Of a DNA stretch of 10,048 nucleotides, positions 7,829 through 10,048 are shown piece after piece. The position numbers and the translations under genes were made by a program. Below the pieces are notes generated by a model. That model saw only the letters and a list, made by a program, of their open reading frames with translations, was not told the origin of the DNA and did no database searches. Numbering within the stretch: position 1 is the first letter of the stretch; each line of letters begins with the position of its first letter. This DNA comes from Deinococcaceae bacterium (GTDB lineage Bacteria; Deinococcota; Deinococci; Deinococcales; Trueperaceae): the NCBI GenBank assembly GCA_040256005.1, contig JBDZWC010000031.1, positions 1 to 10,048 on the forward strand, written 5' to 3'.

Positions 7829-7863
7829 CGTACGAGGGCCTCGGATGGGCCTGGCTCGGTCAC
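7805..7863. repeat. Perfect 11-bp inverted repeat enclosing the cupin stop codon
   Basis: GTGACCGAGCC (7805-7815) and GGCTCGGTCAC (7853-7863), separated by 37 nt that contain TGA 7826-7828. Confidence 0.65.
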
Positions 7864-7922
7864 GAAGGTGCCCGGAAGCGCCAGCGGCTGCAGACGTCCG
7901 CGCTGATGGTGATACTTAGTCC

Positions 7923-8372
7923 ATGTCGATCAAGCGGCTGGACCACATCAGCGTCGTCGTGGATGACCTCGACCGGGCCGTGCGCTTCTTCGAGGCTCTC
8001 GGCATGACGATCGAGGGCGAAGCCCCCATCTCCGGGGATTGGGTGGACCAGATCAACGCCCTCCAGGGCATCGACCTCAACGTGGTGATGATGAAGACGC
8101 CCGACGGTCACGGGCGCCTGGAGCTCACGAAGTTCCATACCCCTGACCCGGTGCCGCTGGAGCCCGCGGTCGCGCCGCCCAACGCCCTGGGCCTGCGCAG
8201 CGTCATGTTCGAGGTCGAGGACGTCGACGCGACGGTCGCCCGTCTCAGGGAGCATGGCGGTGAGCTCATCGGCGAGATCGTCGAGTACGAGGGTCAATAC
8301 AGGCTGTGCTACACGCGGGGCCCGGCGGGCATCATCGTCTCGCTGGCCGAGGACATCTCGGGCCGGGTCTAG
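7923..8372 (+). CDS. VOC (glyoxalase/bleomycin resistance/dioxygenase) family protein, copy 1 (149 aa)
   Basis: LDHISVVVDDLDRAVRFFEALG, TPDGHGRLEL, GLRSVMFEV, LCYTRGPAGIIVSLAE. GATACT (7911-7916) lies 6 nt before the ATG; no SD. Confidence 0.92.
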   Translation: MSIKRLDHISVVVDDLDRAVRFFEALGMTIEGEAPISGDWVDQINALQGIDLNVVMMKTPDGHGRLELTKFHTPDPVPLEPAVAPPNALGLRSVMFEVEDVDATVARLREHGGELIGEIVEYEGQYRLCYTRGPAGIIVSLAEDISGRV

Positions 8373-8397
8373 GCGTGTCGGCCGGACTACCGCACTT

Positions 8398-8835
8398 ATG
8401 ACGGTCAAGAAGCTGGATCACGTGGTCGTGGTCGTCGAGGACTTGGCGACGATGACCGGGTTCTTCAAGGGTCTGGGTCTGAAGATCGTAGGCGAGGCGA
8501 CCGTAGATGGTGCGTGGCTCGATGCGGTCTATGGACCCGGAGGCATCGACGCGGACATCGTGATGATGGCGACGCCGGACGGACTGGGCCGAGTGGAGCT
8601 CGCTCAGTACCGGCAGCCGCAGCCCATGACGGTGCAGCCGCGGCCAGCTCCGCCGAGCGCGGTGGGCCTACGCCGCATCACCTTCGAGGTCACCGGCTTG
8701 AACGAGGTGCTAACCCGGCTTGGCGAGGTAGGTGGGAACCTGATCGGGGACGTCGCCGAAGACGTGGGAAGGCTGCGGCTCTGCTACGTAAGGGGCCCCG
8801 AGGGGATCATCATCACGCTGGCCGAGCGGTTCTGA
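8398..8835 (+). CDS. VOC family protein, copy 2 (145 aa)
   Basis: LDHVVVVVEDL, TPDGLGRVEL, GLRRITFEV, LCYVRGPEGIIITLAE. Start at ATG 8398 is set by ungapped alignment to copy 1. Confidence 0.9.
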   Translation: MTVKKLDHVVVVVEDLATMTGFFKGLGLKIVGEATVDGAWLDAVYGPGGIDADIVMMATPDGLGRVELAQYRQPQPMTVQPRPAPPSAVGLRRITFEVTGLNEVLTRLGEVGGNLIGDVAEDVGRLRLCYVRGPEGIIITLAERF

Positions 8836-9587
8836 GAAGCAGAGCCGGCCGCCTTAGACCCGCTCTTCTCCAGCAGCGACCTGGCAGCGTTCTGTATGGC
8901 GGACCGGATGGCGTTGCGCACGGCGTAGTCGACGATCGTGGTGCCGGTCCGGCCCACCCTGAGGTTGGTCATGACGTTGGCGATGTCCACCGATACGTTG
9001 CGCTGCGAGACCTCGGAGACGCCGCGACCGATGGCCATGATCTCGGCCGTGACCGTGTCCACGAACCTGATCTCGACGGCCACACGGGCGGTGACGGTCT
9101 CCGCAGAGCCTCCGAAGATGCCGAGGACCTTCCCTCCCCCACCGGTCGTCTGCACGCCGAACTCGGACACGCTACCGAGGACCATCAGCTCGGCGCCTTC
9201 GATCCGGCCGACGGCAGCCGCCGTGTCCGGGTTCACTCGCCCCGAACGCGCGAGGTCCTGCTCCGCCAGGATCTTGTCGATCTCCGCTCGCTCGGTGATG
9301 CGGAACTGCTGGCTCTCGTAAGCCTCGGCGATGAAGATGTCGGCGACGCCGGTCCCAAGCTCGCGGTAGAACTGCTCCCCTTCACCGGAGAGGTCTACCG
9401 AGCCGATCCTCACGCTTCCCGCGCCCACGGTGAAACTGGGCACGGCGATGATGTAGCGCTGGTCCCTGGGCACCGGGTCCAAGTCGAACTCCCGCAGGTG
9501 CGCTCCGGTGTCCTCGACCTGGACCGCCGGCGCGCAGGCGGTCAGAAGGATGGTCGTGACGAGCACGGAGCGAAGGATCGGCCTCAC
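8784..9587 (-). CDS. CsgG/HfaB-family lipoprotein (267 aa as read)
   Basis: Signal peptide with lipobox LTA-C18, then IIAVPSF, GTGVADIF...FRITERAEIDKILAEQDL..SG...AAAVGRIEGAELMVLGSVSEF and VAVEIRFVDTVTAEI, which are typical of the CsgG/HfaB fold. GTG start. Confidence 0.8.
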   Translation of the reverse strand: MRPILRSVLVTTILLTACAPAVQVEDTGAHLREFDLDPVPRDQRYIIAVPSFTVGAGSVRIGSVDLSGEGEQFYRELGTGVADIFIAEAYESQQFRITERAEIDKILAEQDLARSGRVNPDTAAAVGRIEGAELMVLGSVSEFGVQTTGGGGKVLGIFGGSAETVTARVAVEIRFVDTVTAEIMAIGRGVSEVSQRNVSVDIANVMTNLRVGRTGTTIVDYAVRNAIRSAIQNAARSLLEKSGSKAAGSASQNRSASVMMIPSGPLT

Positions 9588-9594
9588 CTTGAGG

Positions 9595-9600
9595 AATATA
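9595..9600 (-). promoter_or_regulatory. -10 element (TATATT) of a probable leaderless CsgG-like transcript
   Basis: Near-consensus hexamer 7 nt upstream of GTG 9587, in one of the most AT-rich patches of the window. Confidence 0.65.
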
Positions 9601-9655
9601 AACGTGGTCCGTGAGCAAGCCAGTCACGCGGGTTCTCGGGGCGGCACACTCTTGC

Positions 9656-10027
9656 TTAGGCCCTCATCGCCAGCACCACCAACACCGTTCGAATCAGACC
9701 GATGACGGGTCCGAACGGCAGGGCGAAGCCGATCCAGAAGAACATCTCGACCGGCAGCAGGCCGATGGCGAGCCAGTGGCCAACGGGACGTCCAGTCCAC
9801 AAGAAGAACCCGACGACCAACTCGGCGGCGCACACGGCCGCGAAGGCGATCAAGAGGCCGGTGCTGGTAGGCAACCCCCACCGTTCGAACGGGCCGCCGC
9901 CGTAAGTCGGGAAGCCCATGAACGTCCATACGGTCTGTTCTCGCATGAAGTACCGTAGGCCCAGCAACGCTGGGACTCCGAAGCCGGGGCCGCTGAACCA
10001 AGCCAGAACCGCCGCCACCTGCGACAT
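9656..10027 (-). CDS. Hypothetical integral membrane protein (123 aa, about 4 hydrophobic segments)
   Basis: Hydrophobic stretches (AAVLAWFSGPGFGVPALLGL; GLLIAFAAVCAAELVVGFFLW; LAIGLLPVEMFFWIGFALPFGPVIGLIRTVLVVLAM) and a strong SD AGGAGGT at 10033-10039 (- strand). Confidence 0.8.
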   Translation of the reverse strand: MSQVAAVLAWFSGPGFGVPALLGLRYFMREQTVWTFMGFPTYGGGPFERWGLPTSTGLLIAFAAVCAAELVVGFFLWTGRPVGHWLAIGLLPVEMFFWIGFALPFGPVIGLIRTVLVVLAMRA

Positions 10028-10048
10028 GCCTGACCTCCTGGACCCTTG

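Noticed and set aside
128..10001. Numerous long alternative-frame and antisense ORFs (e.g. 1893-2717 -, 2746-3564 +, 4907-5869 +, 8514-9614 +, 7860-8408 -)
   Set aside because: They overlap genes with clear family motifs and lack motifs of their own; many are Arg/Pro/Gly-rich. These are the shadow ORFs expected in high-GC DNA.
1321..10027. Integron-like cassette array interpretation of the string of small genes
   Set aside because: Genes alternate in strand and carry their own promoters. The intergenic stems do not share attC core sites (RYYYAAC...GTTRRRY), and there is no integrase in the window.

Overview
GC-rich bacterial DNA packed with 12 short-to-medium protein-coding genes on both strands. 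I see no rRNA or tRNA genes, transposase, integrase or CRISPR array. In order: the C-terminal part of an alpha-helical, TPR-like protein (open from base 1); a DHFR-like/RibD C-terminal-domain protein; an aldo/keto reductase; a DUF4287+DUF5655-like protein (-); a Zn-independent MDR/quinone oxidoreductase (-); a class C beta-lactamase-family serine hydrolase, translationally coupled to a DinB-superfamily protein; a DUF6855-like protein (-); a cupin; two tandem VOC/glyoxalase paralogues; a CsgG/HfaB-family lipoprotein (-); and a small membrane protein (-). Several genes lack a Shine-Dalgarno (SD) site and instead have a TANNNT-like -10 hexamer 5-10 nt before the start codon. This suggests leaderless or near-leaderless mRNAs and, with the CsgG-type lipoprotein, a Deinococcota-like host (inference). 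I did not find a convincing novel multi-gene system. The most unusual signals are stems that enclose stop codons where U-tailed terminators are absent, a possible gene remnant between the DHFR-like and AKR genes, the VOC tandem duplication, and an orphan CsgG-like gene whose 3' end overlaps the neighbouring gene. All family assignments come from motif recognition by eye, not database searches.
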